A DNA stretch of 63,804 nucleotides, counting the filler, from Octopus bimaculoides (lineage: Eukaryota), in NCBI RefSeq assembly GCF_001194135.2. It is 5 parts of 5 records of this genome, joined end to end, with 100 filler letters (N's around TTAATTAATTAA, not from the genome) between each part and the next. Parts side by side here need not be neighbours in the genome. Positions count along the whole stretch, not along the records: positions 46,331 to 59,474 come from NC_068983.1; positions 59,575 to 63,804 come from NC_068981.1; 3 more parts are not named here. One strand, given 5' to 3'. The position numbers and the translations under genes are program-made. Positions 48,431 to 60,585 of this stretch are shown one piece after another. The notes beneath the pieces are model-generated. The model saw only the letters and a list, made by a program, of their open reading frames with translations. It did not search any database and was not told the DNA's origin. Position 1 is the stretch's first letter, and every line of letters begins with the position of its first letter.

Positions 48431-49789
48431 TGCCTTAGTTCTCTTTCACCTCAGTCAATCAGTTGTGACATCTTCAACAACATGCTTATTGGTATAATGA
48501 CCCTCCTGGGACAACAAAAACTGTTTCAATACAAATGCGTTACAGACAAATACAGTTTAAGCTTTGATTCCTTATTTCTCAACACTTTCCTAAAATATTA
48601 AAAAATCTGGCATAAATATCTTTGGTAAGCACAATCCTGGCATTGAGCTTTGATTACCAAACATGGTTGTACTGGATTTTCTTTATTTAGGAATACGTTA
48701 AGAAAGTTAAATAATGAATAAAAGGTTAAACTGATGTAAACTGTCATGTTGTATATACTTTGGACATGCATCTAATGTATTAAATATATATTTATATACA
48801 CTAATATCGAGTGTGACAATTTTTCCGTTTGAAAATCTCTCTGACAAGTGAAAAGACAACTGAAGCCAGCCATGGTTTAATGTTACACTCTTCTTGCTGT
48901 GCACATGATTTTGAAGTAAACCCTTCTATAGGGGAAATCCTTAAAATGTCAATAGGATAGCATAGACTTAGATAACTGGGGCAGCATTTTGGATTCAGAG
49001 AATGGATCTTTGAGAAGGAAATTAAGGCTTCCAAGAAATGGGAGGAAAAACCAACAGAATAAGAAAACGTGAGAACTTAAGCAACAAAATGAACTGTTGA
49101 AGTGTAAACAGGAAACAAAAAAAAAATGATTAATTACAATAACCTTCATATTATATAATCAAGTAATTATAATTATAATAATTAACTGATTCTCATATAT
49201 ATATATATATATATATATAATCAAGTAATTATAATAATAACTGATTCTCCACTCAACAGGTTTGACAGTAATAGAAAAACTTGGTTCCTGTATCTATACA
49301 AAAATCTGTCTGAGCATTCTACTGGAACCACACACGCATTTATTCCAGAAATGCCATCATGACAGGAAAAACTTGTGTCGCACATCACTAAACAGATGCA
49401 AATGGATGTCACTCTGAGAGTTGAAAAACAGACTTTTATAAAAACAAAAACTTTGAATGAACAAACATAATTTAGGATATTGAAGACTTAATAATATTAA
49501 AATAAAAACAGTTCAGATCTCTAAGTTTTATACATAATCCATGCTCCAACATTTGTGTAGTTTTGTGGGGAATTAGTTGTAAATATATTAATAATAATAA
49601 TAATAACAGTTGCACATACATTCAGCCACACATCTTGGCAAATAAAAGCAACATCGACAGAAATGGCATTAGAGACATTGCTGAATGGAATTTCTTCAAA
49701 TAAAGGAGTTGGTTTTCTTTTTGTGAGTAAAAAGGATTGAATAGAATCAAATGAGGAAATCTTATTTAAATATTGAAGTTTGACCAGAT

Positions 49790-49945
<156 letters not shown>

Positions 49946-50003
49946 TCAGCTGAAGGAAAGAAATAGTTCTGATACAGCTTTAAAAAAAAACAAAACAACC
50001 TAC

Positions 50004-50167
50004 CATTTTAGTTTTGGTTTTATTTTGTTTAGGCTGAGAATTTGACTGTGCTTGTTGCAGGACTGAAGACGACGGGGTGGAAGACGGTGCCTGATTGGTA
50101 CTGAGTAGAGAACTGTTGATTTCTTCGGAGTTGAGTCTACTCAACTCTTGAGTGATTTTAGAATCAG
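50004..50167 (-). CDS. ICA1: ICA1 exon
   Basis: ttccag|..DSKITQELSRLN...KTKTKM|gtagg; 164 nt, phase 1 to 0. Confidence 0.85.
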
Positions 50168-50259
50168 CTGGAATCAAAGTAAAACAAAAAAAACAATGTA
50201 AGAGAAGTCATCAAAATTGTGGTAAAAGTGAGGAGGAAGACATGTTGAAGTTTTTTTAC

Positions 50260-50526
50260 CTTCTGTGAGAGTCAGTTTGTCAATGTCTGAAGATCTATCG
50301 AGGAGGCTGGATGGCATAAAGCCAGCAACATTGTTGGGTTGGTCACTTTCCACAGGTGTAAAACTTAACGTCGACGATAATGAATTGGGACCAAATACAG
50401 CTTGCCACTCTCGACTAAATTCATCCTCTTCAGTGGAGGGAGCATTGAGGATTTCATTTAACAGAGAAATATCATCTTTATCAGCCTCATTGTCATCTAG
50501 GTTATCAGTAAGTGGATCTTTCTTCC
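50260..50526 (-). CDS. ICA1: ICA1 exon, ICA69 C-terminal domain
   Basis: ADKDDISLLNEILNAPSTEEDEFSREWQAVFG...GFMPSSLLD matches human ADKDDLLLLSEIFNASSLEEGEFSKEWAAVFG..GFLPSQLLD; 267 nt, phase 1-1. Confidence 0.95.
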
Positions 50527-50610
50527 CTGCAAACCAATGGAACAAGAATATAGTAACTATATATAATATATCCATATATACACACACTATAATATAGTGA
50601 GTCTACAAAC

Positions 50611-50739
50611 CTGATTTTTCTAGTTTTTGAGCATTGATCTTGTCGAGTTCCTGTGATGTTAGATCTTCGATGTTCTTCGTGTCATCCTCCTCAAAGTCAA
50701 TGAACGGATTCTCAAGATTCGTTTTGTGACTTTCCTTCT
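50611..50739 (-). CDS. ICA1: ICA1 exon (linker)
   Basis: tttgtag|KESHKTNLENPFIDFEEDD...LEKS G|gtttgt; 129 nt, phase 1-1. Confidence 0.85.
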
Positions 50740-51443
50740 CTACAAACAAACGAAAACCCAATCAATTTCCTGCTCCATCAACAACAAAATCATTATCATC
50801 AAATGTCCAGACTAGCATGTGTTTCAATACATTTTACTGTGGTACAAACACTAGTGAGGTAGCCTTGCATCCTGAAAGACTAACTCTTTACTTGATGCTG
50901 TGTCTCCATTCGCTCAAAGCAATGTGAAAACCATGTTTGTTGAGGAATTACACAAAAAAAAAATTATGTAAAAATATTAAAAGTCAAATACGATACAGAA
51001 AAAGGAATAGTAAAGATGAATAATTCTGTGGCTTGTCACTCATTCAGTTTACACTGTTCGATGGTGAGGCAATTCGTTGTAATTTAATTACAGGCTTTAA
51101 AAAAATATATTTTAAAAAAATGACGTCGTGTTCTTAGAATTACGTTCCAAGGGAGGTAACCAATTTACAAATGTGGTTTATCAAATATGTAACTCTTGGA
51201 TCAAGAAGATTATCAGCTTTCAGTTAAATCCATGTAAGCAAACTGGGAAGATGATGGCCAATCTGTTAACCACAAATAATTCAACATTGTTTACTACCAT
51301 GTGGGTTTTTTTTTAAAAATATCACAAAGTACAACATGTATAATAAATATGGTGGTGGAGGTAGGTAAGTGTAGAATTAAAGGTTGATATGAGGAACATT
51401 TCTGGTGCAACAGGCCAATGTCGGTGCTGTGTACTGAACAAAC

Positions 51444-51551
51444 CTTGAACATCACAGAACATAGTATTACGTCGATAGACAGGGTTTGTCCTTTTTTTTC
51501 TCAAATGTGGTACTTTGTACTGATTGCTTCTCCGTGGTAAAATACACACAT
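51444..51551 (-). CDS. ICA1: Candidate ICA1 cassette exon
   Basis: gtttttag|108 nt open, phase 1-1|gtttgt; encodes DVCILPRRSNQYKVPHLRKKRTNPVYRRNTMFCDVQ. Confidence 0.45.
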
Positions 51552-51908
51552 CTAAAAACACAATATAATGGAATATTTTCTTCAGTTTTATACACAAAAC
51601 ATCACAGAGACTATATATGTTCTAGGCAACAAGATAACGTCCAGCGGTGGAATGTTGTATATCCAAGGTGATTCATCATCAAGCAAACTGTAACATTAAC
51701 AAACATTTTTTTATCTCCCTTCTTCACATCTCTACATGGACAGAAATCCATTCACCAAATTTATTATTATTTTAGATTAAACATCCGAATTCGATTCCCA
51801 ATCAAAAAATAGAAGTGGATATACAAGACAACCTCTAACATCTTTTATACACATCCACATACAACATGAGAAAGTCTCTCTTTGCTGAGCTACTTCGAAC
51901 GTTCTTAC

Positions 51909-52000
51909 CTGTGTCAGATTCATAGAGATTTTGCAAACTGCTGTTCTTTTCAGTGTCCCTCTTATTCTGGCCATCATCATCATCATCCAGAGATAAAAGT
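51909..52000 (-). CDS. ICA1: ICA1 exon following the AH/BAR domain
   Basis: ctttctcccag|LLSLDDDDDGQNKRD..YESDT G|gtaaga; resembles human QLISLEEE; 92 nt, phase 2 to 1. Confidence 0.8.
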
Positions 52001-54527
52001 CTGGGAGAAAGAATAACAAAAATCTGGTTTTAGATTTCCGAAAAGACTGGGAAATAATCGACTGACAATTTCATTCTGTAAAGAATGATTAGCACAACCA
52101 TTTATTTGAAGTGACCAGAACAGAGTATGTGCACATTTTGGTAGTCAGTGAACGAGACCAGGAAATGGCTAAAAGGAAGATAAATTAATGGAGAAATCTT
52201 TGAGAAGTCAGTTAATTGGTTCCATTCTTAATAGGAAAGGCAGCAAGTAATTAAGAGGAATCTAAATGAAGGGGGAGGAGACTTAAATATAAAAACACCA
52301 TTATTCAAATTGTTTTTGTCATTTTCTGACTCGTAAGGAGGATGGTGGTGGTGGGGGAGTCACTGTCACCATGCATTGAAGGTGCCTGTCAGAAATGTTA
52401 CAGTATCTGGTATTCTATGGAGACTGGAGTTTACCTACGTGTGTGTGTAGCATTAATTAAACTGATAATTAGTATGGGATATATTATTGTTAGTAAACAT
52501 GTTAGTTGATTATTAAACATATGCAAATTGCATGGGGTGGGGTTAGGAAAATTTAAACTTTTACAAGATTCACTGGAAATTTCTTGTTAATTATTTCACA
52601 GTAAATACATCACTTGCTAATTACATTATATAACCTTGTAAATGAATTACAGCATCAATCAGTAAATTCATTGTTATTTATCCACAAAATAAATACACCT
52701 AAAAAATATTTAAAGTTTATATTCACAGAATAAATTCATTAGATTCCATTAATAATAAATACATTCAAAGAAAACAAATGCCATTGTAAAGGTCTGGAAT
52801 CTTTAGAAATCTCAAAGAAAAAAATGAACTATCAACAAACGAAGTAGTAAGCCAACAGTTTTATAATAATTGGTGCAGAAATTCCACATAAAAAGAAATA
52901 GAGAGACAGACAACATCAAAGAATATTAACATGGTAAAATAGAGGATTATTTTAGTGGTTTCTTTTGGAATTGGTCTTCTTAGAAGGGTTTTTTTTCTTG
53001 TTCCAATATAAAATATTTTAAAATATTCCAACCTGCTTTATGCTGAAACTGGCCTTTCACACTTACTCTACAATGTCATTCTAAAATGAAACAATCACAT
53101 CATCAAAACGTAGAAGCGACAAGATAATGGATGGTTTAATTGAAAATGATGTGAATGGGTAAGCTCTTTATGTTTGACAGGATAATCTGAATGCTAAAGG
53201 GTTAATGTTTGTATTTTACTGGCTGAGTAAAGAATATGACAATGAATCTATGAATGATCTGTGTGCCATGATAAATAAATAATTACATTCTGATGTATTT
53301 GCTGTGATGTCATTTATAGTGCAACCTTTCACAACAAAGCAATGTTAGGGTTAGCATTTTAAAATTGAGCAGCAGTCAATGAAATGTGGAAACGTTAGTA
53401 AGAAGATTGTTATTAGAGGAGGTTTGAGTAGGGAAAAAAAAAAAAGGTAGAAAATGAAATCTGAGGGTTAAGTTTCAAGTGAAGCATAATCTATGAAATA
53501 TCAATATCCTGTCCATTACAGATCTTCACATTGTTGTCTTAAACGACTGTTTCTAATTTAGGCACAAGGCCAGCAATTTGGAAGAGATGAGATTCATCAA
53601 TTATATAATCAACATCAATACTTAACTAAAGTTTTATTTTATTGACCCAGGAATTGAACTCACAGACATTAAGAGCCAACCAAAATGTTGCAGCCATGTA
53701 TTTTTTCCTATTGTTCTCAGGTTTGTATCATCACCAGTTTTTAAATCCGTAATTAGCAACAATAATTGATGTTATAAAAGACCTGCCAGAGACTGATCAG
53801 TTTACTCTGCTGTTATTTGAGAGAAATCCTGCAACCCTAACAAATACGTTCAGGTTGGATACAATTATTCAGAACGGAAACAAGAGCATAAAAAAAAATA
53901 TACAAAGCTCAATGTTGCTATGATGATGGCCCCCTATTTTATTGATTATAACTAAGATTATTATTAATCATAATGTACCCCATCTTATTGATGGCACAAT
54001 ACTGGTAAACGAAGGAAGGTTAAATGAAAATCTACATTTTTTTTGTTCTTCTGATAGCATCAGAAGGACTACAAAAAAAAAAAAAATCTAATTCATTCTA
54101 AAGCCAAACTCTGAGTAATGCAGTAAACGATTGCCATCATGCATATTAATGTCAGACTGCAGGCACACACATCTTGTTGGTTACCTGGTTGCCTCAATGG
54201 TACTTTAAACAGCCAGGACCTAACTTAGCCTATGTTGCTGTACCTGAAATATGAAATAGCAGTCAAAAAACAAATGTTAATTGTAAAGATGTTCCTGTCT
54301 TTGTAACATTAATACCATTAGCTGTAACATAAAGTAACATTAGTATTTAGACATGATATGAAATAACAACTCCCATAATAAAAATACCAAAAACACAAAG
54401 AAAGCCAGTAAGAAGTTTCAGAAATTTCAAGCAATAACTGGAATGAGTTGAGAGGAAAGACACAATCTGAACTAAGTAAAGTAAATTCTCAAAGAATCTG
54501 ATAAAATTGCAAGGAAAACTTCTTTTC

Positions 54528-54960
54528 TACTCTAGGCACAAGGCCCGAAATTTTGTGGGAGGGGGCCAGTCAATTAGATCAACTCCAGTACACAACTGGT
54601 ACTTAATTTATCAACCCCAAAAGGATGAATTGGTGGAATTTGAACTCAGAACGTAAAGGTAGACGACATACCACTTAGCATTTCGCCTGGCATGCTAACG
54701 TTTCTGTCAGCTCACCGCCACCATGCAAAGAAAAAATTGAAATAAGAAATGTCCTCCAAGAACAAAAATACTGGTTTCAAATTTTGGCACAAGGCCAGCA
54801 ATTTTGAGGGATGGGGGTAAGTCAATTACATCAACGCCGGTACTTTATTTTATTGATCCTTAAAGGATGAAAGGCAAAGTCAACCTTGGCGGAATTTGAA
54901 CTCTGAACGTAAAGACAAACGAAATGTTAGGCATTTTGTCAAAAATGCTAACGATTCTGT
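54528..54960 (-). mobile_element. Two tandem family B SINEs (~54528-54722, ~54775-54960)
   Basis: Reverse complement of the 3025 family (TTTGAACTC B-box, AGGCACAAGGCC tail). Confidence 0.8.
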
Positions 54961-56411
54961 TTGCTGTCTTGGACTTAACAGAAATATTGATTCTACTTTA
55001 TAGGATCCGGTATTTAGAGGAAGCAACAGGAGTTTTGGTTAGTAGCTTTTAAAGAGAATCTTAAGACTGATTAAAAGAAAGGTTTCTGTTATAAAGGGTT
55101 TAATAGTTATGTCAGATTTCAGAGAGAGACAGACAGACAGAAATATATCAATAAAGTTACAAATATTCGATATAAGTGATAAACAACAGTTATCGTTTAA
55201 CGTCCATTTTCCATGCTGGTATGGGTTGGACATGACAACACATAACTACCTTATTTACTGGTTTATAGGATATGCTTTTTTAATTGTGAAATGTATCGAA
55301 AACTTTCCCTGCTAATCTAATGTGGTCATATTATGGATGGCAGACTGAGGAATGAGATAACCACAAGTCTATTAGGCACAAAGAATTGCTTCTGATAGAT
55401 CCACAGTTCTGTGGAGCAGTCACATCATCCTCATCCAACCTCCTTCTCCAGTGCACCTAACCCACACCTGATATGTATCTTACATTATTTAATAACCAAG
55501 TTACCTTCAAAAGGCATTTTCTAAAAAATTATCTAAATGAAAATTTCTCCTGGTCCGTCAGCTATTTGCAAAACCACAGCAGTGGTGGCTCATCACAATT
55601 ATATAAAACATTTTGGCCAGAAATACAAATTTTACATTCAATATAGCAATTCTCTTGACTAAAATATCAACAACTACACATTTGATCCAAAAGAAGATAA
55701 AATTGAAATACAGGACTTGTATAACAGTTTATTTATGATAAATTTATGGCTTTGTACTTTATTCCACTCACATGCACAGAATCATACATAGTCCTCAAGA
55801 AAAGCACTTTAAAATACCTTTCAGTGAGTGTATGATGAAACACACTGAATCTGTTGTTTTCCTCAAAATCATCATCATCATCATCATCTCAAATGCTAGC
55901 AAATTTGCGATTTTAACTACAAAAATATATGCTGCCATCTTTAAAACTAACCAGATATAGGTTCATTAATATTACATAGTATACTGTCGTTTACTTAATT
56001 AGTGACTCAAATACTATCTTTCTCTTCCCCTTTTTGGAAGTTAATAATATTTTACAAATAATAACAATAATTTACTGGAAATGATTTTTAAATAGTTTTT
56101 TTTTTCAGAGATGTAAAGGTTGGGGGTGAGAGAAAGTAATTAGAAATGACAATTATATAAAAAATAGGGGTCTATTTCTGAGATTATAAAAACTAAAAAA
56201 TATTTTTCTTTCCAGAAACACTTGGAAAGAAAATTACTTAGAAAATAAATGAAACAGTTTAATTAAATTATTTAAATGAAATACACTAAACTAATTTTAT
56301 GGTAAAGAATATCTTTTAATAGGAAATATTCAATGTATGCGGTAAATAAATACAAAATTTTCAACAAAGGGCTCAGAATCCTAGAATGTGACCCCACAAA
56401 AAAGAACCTAT

Positions 56412-57620
56412 AGGGCACAGGTGTGGCTATGTGGTAGAAAGTTTGCTTCCCAATCATTAAAGTGTCTTCTACTATAGTCTCAGGCTAACCAAAGCCATCA
56501 GAGTAGATCTGATAGGCAGAAACTGAAAGAAGCCCAACATGTGTATGTGTGTGTACACACACATGGAAAACAGATGCTAAATGATGATGACACACACATA
56601 TCATCATCATCGTCCTTTAATATCTGTTTTCTATGCTGGCATGGGTTGGATGGTTTGACTAGAGCTGACAAGTGTCACAGAGCCTCACCAGGTTCCAGTC
56701 TGATCTGGCTTGATTTCTACGACTGGATGCTTTTAACATGGTACTGGCACAAGAGCTTTTACTTGGTACCAACACAACTGCTTTTTATATGGCACCAGTA
56801 CAGTACACGTGCAGGTCAATCCACTTCACCAGGAAATGTGCCCTTAACACTTCTGCTGTGGAGGATAGGTCTTCTTAAGAACAGTAAGGTGCCAGGTGTC
56901 TAACAAGGCACCACACACACACACACCATTTAATGTCCACTTTGCATGATGGCATGGTTTAGACGGTTTGACGGGAACTGACAAAATGGAGAGTTGCACC
57001 AGATTCCAGTCTGATCTGGAATGGTTTCTACAGCTGGATGTCCTTCCTAATGCCAACCACTCCAAGAGTGTAATGGGTGCCTTTTACGTGTCACTGGCAC
57101 AGGTGCCACTTACATGACACTGGCAATGACCATAACTGTGATTTCACTTGGCTTTTCAAACACAACATATCACCAAAGGTCTTGGTCAATTATCATCACC
57201 TCCACGAGGCCTTAAATTCAAAGATCATGCTACTGGCAACAGTCACAAGCATGATTTCAAGAGTGTCTTTCACACGACTACAATGTCACTTGGCTTGACG
57301 AGTCTCCTTAAGCACAGCACATTGCCCCTGTGATGCCCAGTGCTCAAAGATCATGCTCCTCTGCCTTGAGCCATGTCTTCCTGGGGCTACCGCTTCTACA
57401 GGTTCCCTCCACAATTAGAGATCAGAACTTTTTTTACACAGCTGTTCTCATCACATGCTCTTACCACCACAGTCGTCTCTCTTGCACATCACATCTGATG
57501 CCTCTTATGTCCAGTTTTTTTTATGTCACCATCATCGGAGCAATTCCTCAGCTTACCAGTTTTCAGTCAAACTGTCCAACCCATGCCAGCATGGAAAATA
57601 TGTTAAACGATGATGATGAT
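56412..57620. mobile_element. Cluster of SINE A fragment and RTE 3'-tail repeats in both orientations
   Basis: SINE head at 56412; (CAT)n-TTTCCATGCTGGCATGGGTTGG tails at ~56600 (minus) and ~57560-57620 (plus). Confidence 0.7.
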
Positions 57621-57893
57621 ATATACGTGTGTGTGATTATATGATCCAAGGATCTAAGGGTAGGAAATTTGTAAGATTTGAGCAGTCCATGGTTGGTATA
57701 AAAAAAAAAAACAATAATGAATATATTGGTGAAAGTTGTAAGCTTTTCTCATATCAAAGTTCAATAAGCTGAAAAGAGTCCTTTATGGCTCCCAGCAAAT
57801 TGAGTCACTATGTGAATGTGAATAAAAATCCAAATCGAAGGAGAGGAGCAGGCAAAATTCAGGTTACATATGTTTCTTAGCCTACATTTCCTT

Positions 57894-58101
57894 TGATGTA
57901 ATAATTACTCAACGAGGGATACTCAGCCAGTTACCCATCAAGCTGAACCTACTTTAATTATTTGAAGGTTACATTGCCATCAAGGAATCTTAAGTTAACT
58001 CACCAAAGATATAATCTGAAATGTAACCTTCATATAATTAAGGTATCTTCAGCCTGATGGGTAGCTGGCTGAGTACCCCTCGTTGAGTAATTATTACATC
58101 A
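57894..58101. repeat. Fold-back element, ~82-bp arms and ~45-bp spacer
   Basis: TGATGTAATAATTACTCAACGAGGG.TACTCAGCCAG.TACCCATCA...TGAAGGTTACATT present on both strands. Confidence 0.9.
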
Positions 58102-58799
58102 GACGATCTGGTAGCTACGATACATAAAATTATAAACCTTAATTTTACTAGCTCCACTCCCTCAATTTTCATACATATATACACACACACACACACACAT
58201 TTGTGTGTGTGTGTGTCTCCGTCCGTCCTTGGTGTCTGTGTTTGTCAGCCACCACTACTTGTGACAAATGGTGTTGGTGTGTTGACATCCCTATAACTTA
58301 GCCATTCAGCAAAAGAGACCAATAGTAAAAGTACCAGGCTTTGAAAAAGAATGAGTACTGCAGTCAATCTGTTCAACTAAGACCTTTCAAGGCAGATGCC
58401 CCAGCTTGGCCAGTCTAATAACTGAACCAAGTAAAAGGAACAAAAAAAAAAAAAGAAGGAAATTCAGTATATTAAAGGTGAGAAGTGTAAAGAGGGGAGG
58501 GTGTGTGGTAAGAGGCCATTGTGGGGACGAATGAAATGCGTGTGAGAAAGGTTTCCAGTAAGGAAGACAAAGCTGCAGTGTAGCTGTGCTTCTTGTCACA
58601 CACAATGCTTCTTAAGATGTCTAATGTTATTTGTTATGGATTATCTTACATATTAATTCATTCACAATTTTTTTTTTGTATGACATTGTTCTTACATTTT
58701 GAGTCAGGTGAAGATTGTGTATGATGTACAGTCTAGAAAAAGTGAGTACAAAGATGAATCCCTATGGTACTTCATTCAAGAAACTGCAGCACCAAATGA

Positions 58800-59800
58800 G
58801 GTGTTGAGTACTTGTTCTCACTGTTTGCTACCCAGGAAGACATGGGACAAAGTACTGAAGACGAATCCCAAATTGCTGAGCTTTATGAAAGAGATGTCAG
58901 AGGAGCAAGACATGTGACACATTGCTGTAGAAGACCCACTCACCACAACTGAATTGATAGATCTTAAAACCACGCAAAAAGCATCCAGTACAGCCTGTAA
59001 AGTGATTAGCATTAAAAAGGGTATCAAGCTGTAACTGACTCTAGAACCTGGAGCAGTCCCTGGCCTTGCCAGTTCTTGTCAAGCCATCCAATTCAGGCCA
59101 ACATGGAAAACAGATGTTAAATGGTGGTGATAATTATATATCATCATCATCATCATCATCATCATCGTTTAACGTCCGCTTTCCATGCTAGCATGGGTTG
59201 GACGATTTGACTGAGGACTGGTGAAACCGGATGGCTACACCAGGCTCCAGTCTAATTTGGCAGAGTTTCTACAGCTGGATGCCCTTCCTAACGCCAACCA
59301 CTCAGAGAGTGTAGTGGGTGCTTTTACGTGTCACCCGCACGAAAACGGCCACGCTCGAAATGGTGTCTTTTATGTGCCACCCGCACAAGCCAGTCCAGGG
59401 GCACTGGCAACGATCTCGCTCGAAAATCCTACGGGAGCCAGTCAGGCGGTACTGGCAACGGCCACGCTCAAAATNNNNNNNNNNNNNNNNNNNNNNNNNN
59501 NNNNNNNNNNNNNNNNNNTTAATTAATTAANNNNNNNNNNNNNNNNNNNNNNNNNNNNNNNNNNNNNNNNNNNNCATAAAAGACACCATTTCGAGCGTGG
59601 CCGTTTTCGTGCGGGTGACACGTAAAAGCACCCACTACACTCTCTGAGTGGTTGGCGTTAGGAAGGGCATCCAGCTGTAGAAACTCTGCCAAATCAGACT
59701 GGAGCCTGGTGTTGCCATCCGGTTTCACCAGTCCTCAGTCAAATCGTCCAACCCATGCTAGCATGGAAAGCGGACGTTAAACGATGATGATGATGATGAT
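58800..59800. mobile_element. RTE C-terminus/tail plus an inverted pair of young RTE 3' tails around a gap
   Basis: PRKTWDKVLK (RTE C-terminus); 59146-59474 and 59575-59800 are reverse-complementary tails with a few differences. Confidence 0.85.
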
Positions 59801-60548
59801 GATATAAAACATGGAACACAATCTCTGGATTGTTATCAATTATCAAAAGTTTTTATGGCTTGCTTAACCTTTAATCCAATTTACTGATTTGAATTCCCTC
59901 TTCAAACTTAGACATTATTATATCTTCTACACTGCAAAAGGGACTGATTTTGAAGCCTTATCACTTGCTATAATTGGGCGTAATTTCTGGTGGTTTCTGT
60001 CAGTTATCATGAAGATAAGGCTAAATATCTGGTGGGCTGATGACAAAAATGCTGCAAAGATTCAATATCTACTAATTCCATGTTTTGCCTGTGATGTTGT
60101 CTGGGTTTAATTGTTGTTTCTTGCAGTGATGAAGTGTAAGTTAATTACTTCCACCGAGGAAATTACATAATTATCCTAAATACCTAACAGCAATCTGAGA
60201 ACCTTGTATGGCTTTCTGGCATGATTTTCTACAGTTATTTCTAACATCTAACATTTTCACAAGCAAAACACGTGTTACAGATAGTAATAACTGCCTGAAG
60301 AGAAAGACATACATGCACATAAAACATAGCATTCCGTCTGGTTTAAATACCATCACCTAGTTCTCATGTAACTTTAGCAGTGTTCATTCTTTTGTATGCA
60401 TTCAGAATCAGTTGATTGGTTTCCATTCTGGTTACATGTTTTTCTGCAGATATAGATCTAGTGTTGTTGTTCAGATTAATAAGTATGAGCTGTGTCAAGC
60501 TCACCAATCTAGAAAAACCTGTAAACCTCATGGGTATTGCTCTTTTTG

Positions 60549-60585
<37 letters not shown>

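Noticed and set aside
49153-49249. ~35-bp direct duplication flanking (TA)n
   Set aside because: Most likely slippage or a contig-overlap artefact at a microsatellite.
58699-58917. 72-aa ORF as a host gene
   Set aside because: PRKTWDKVLK..EMSEEQD matches the RTE LINE C-terminus and is followed by the RTE tail.
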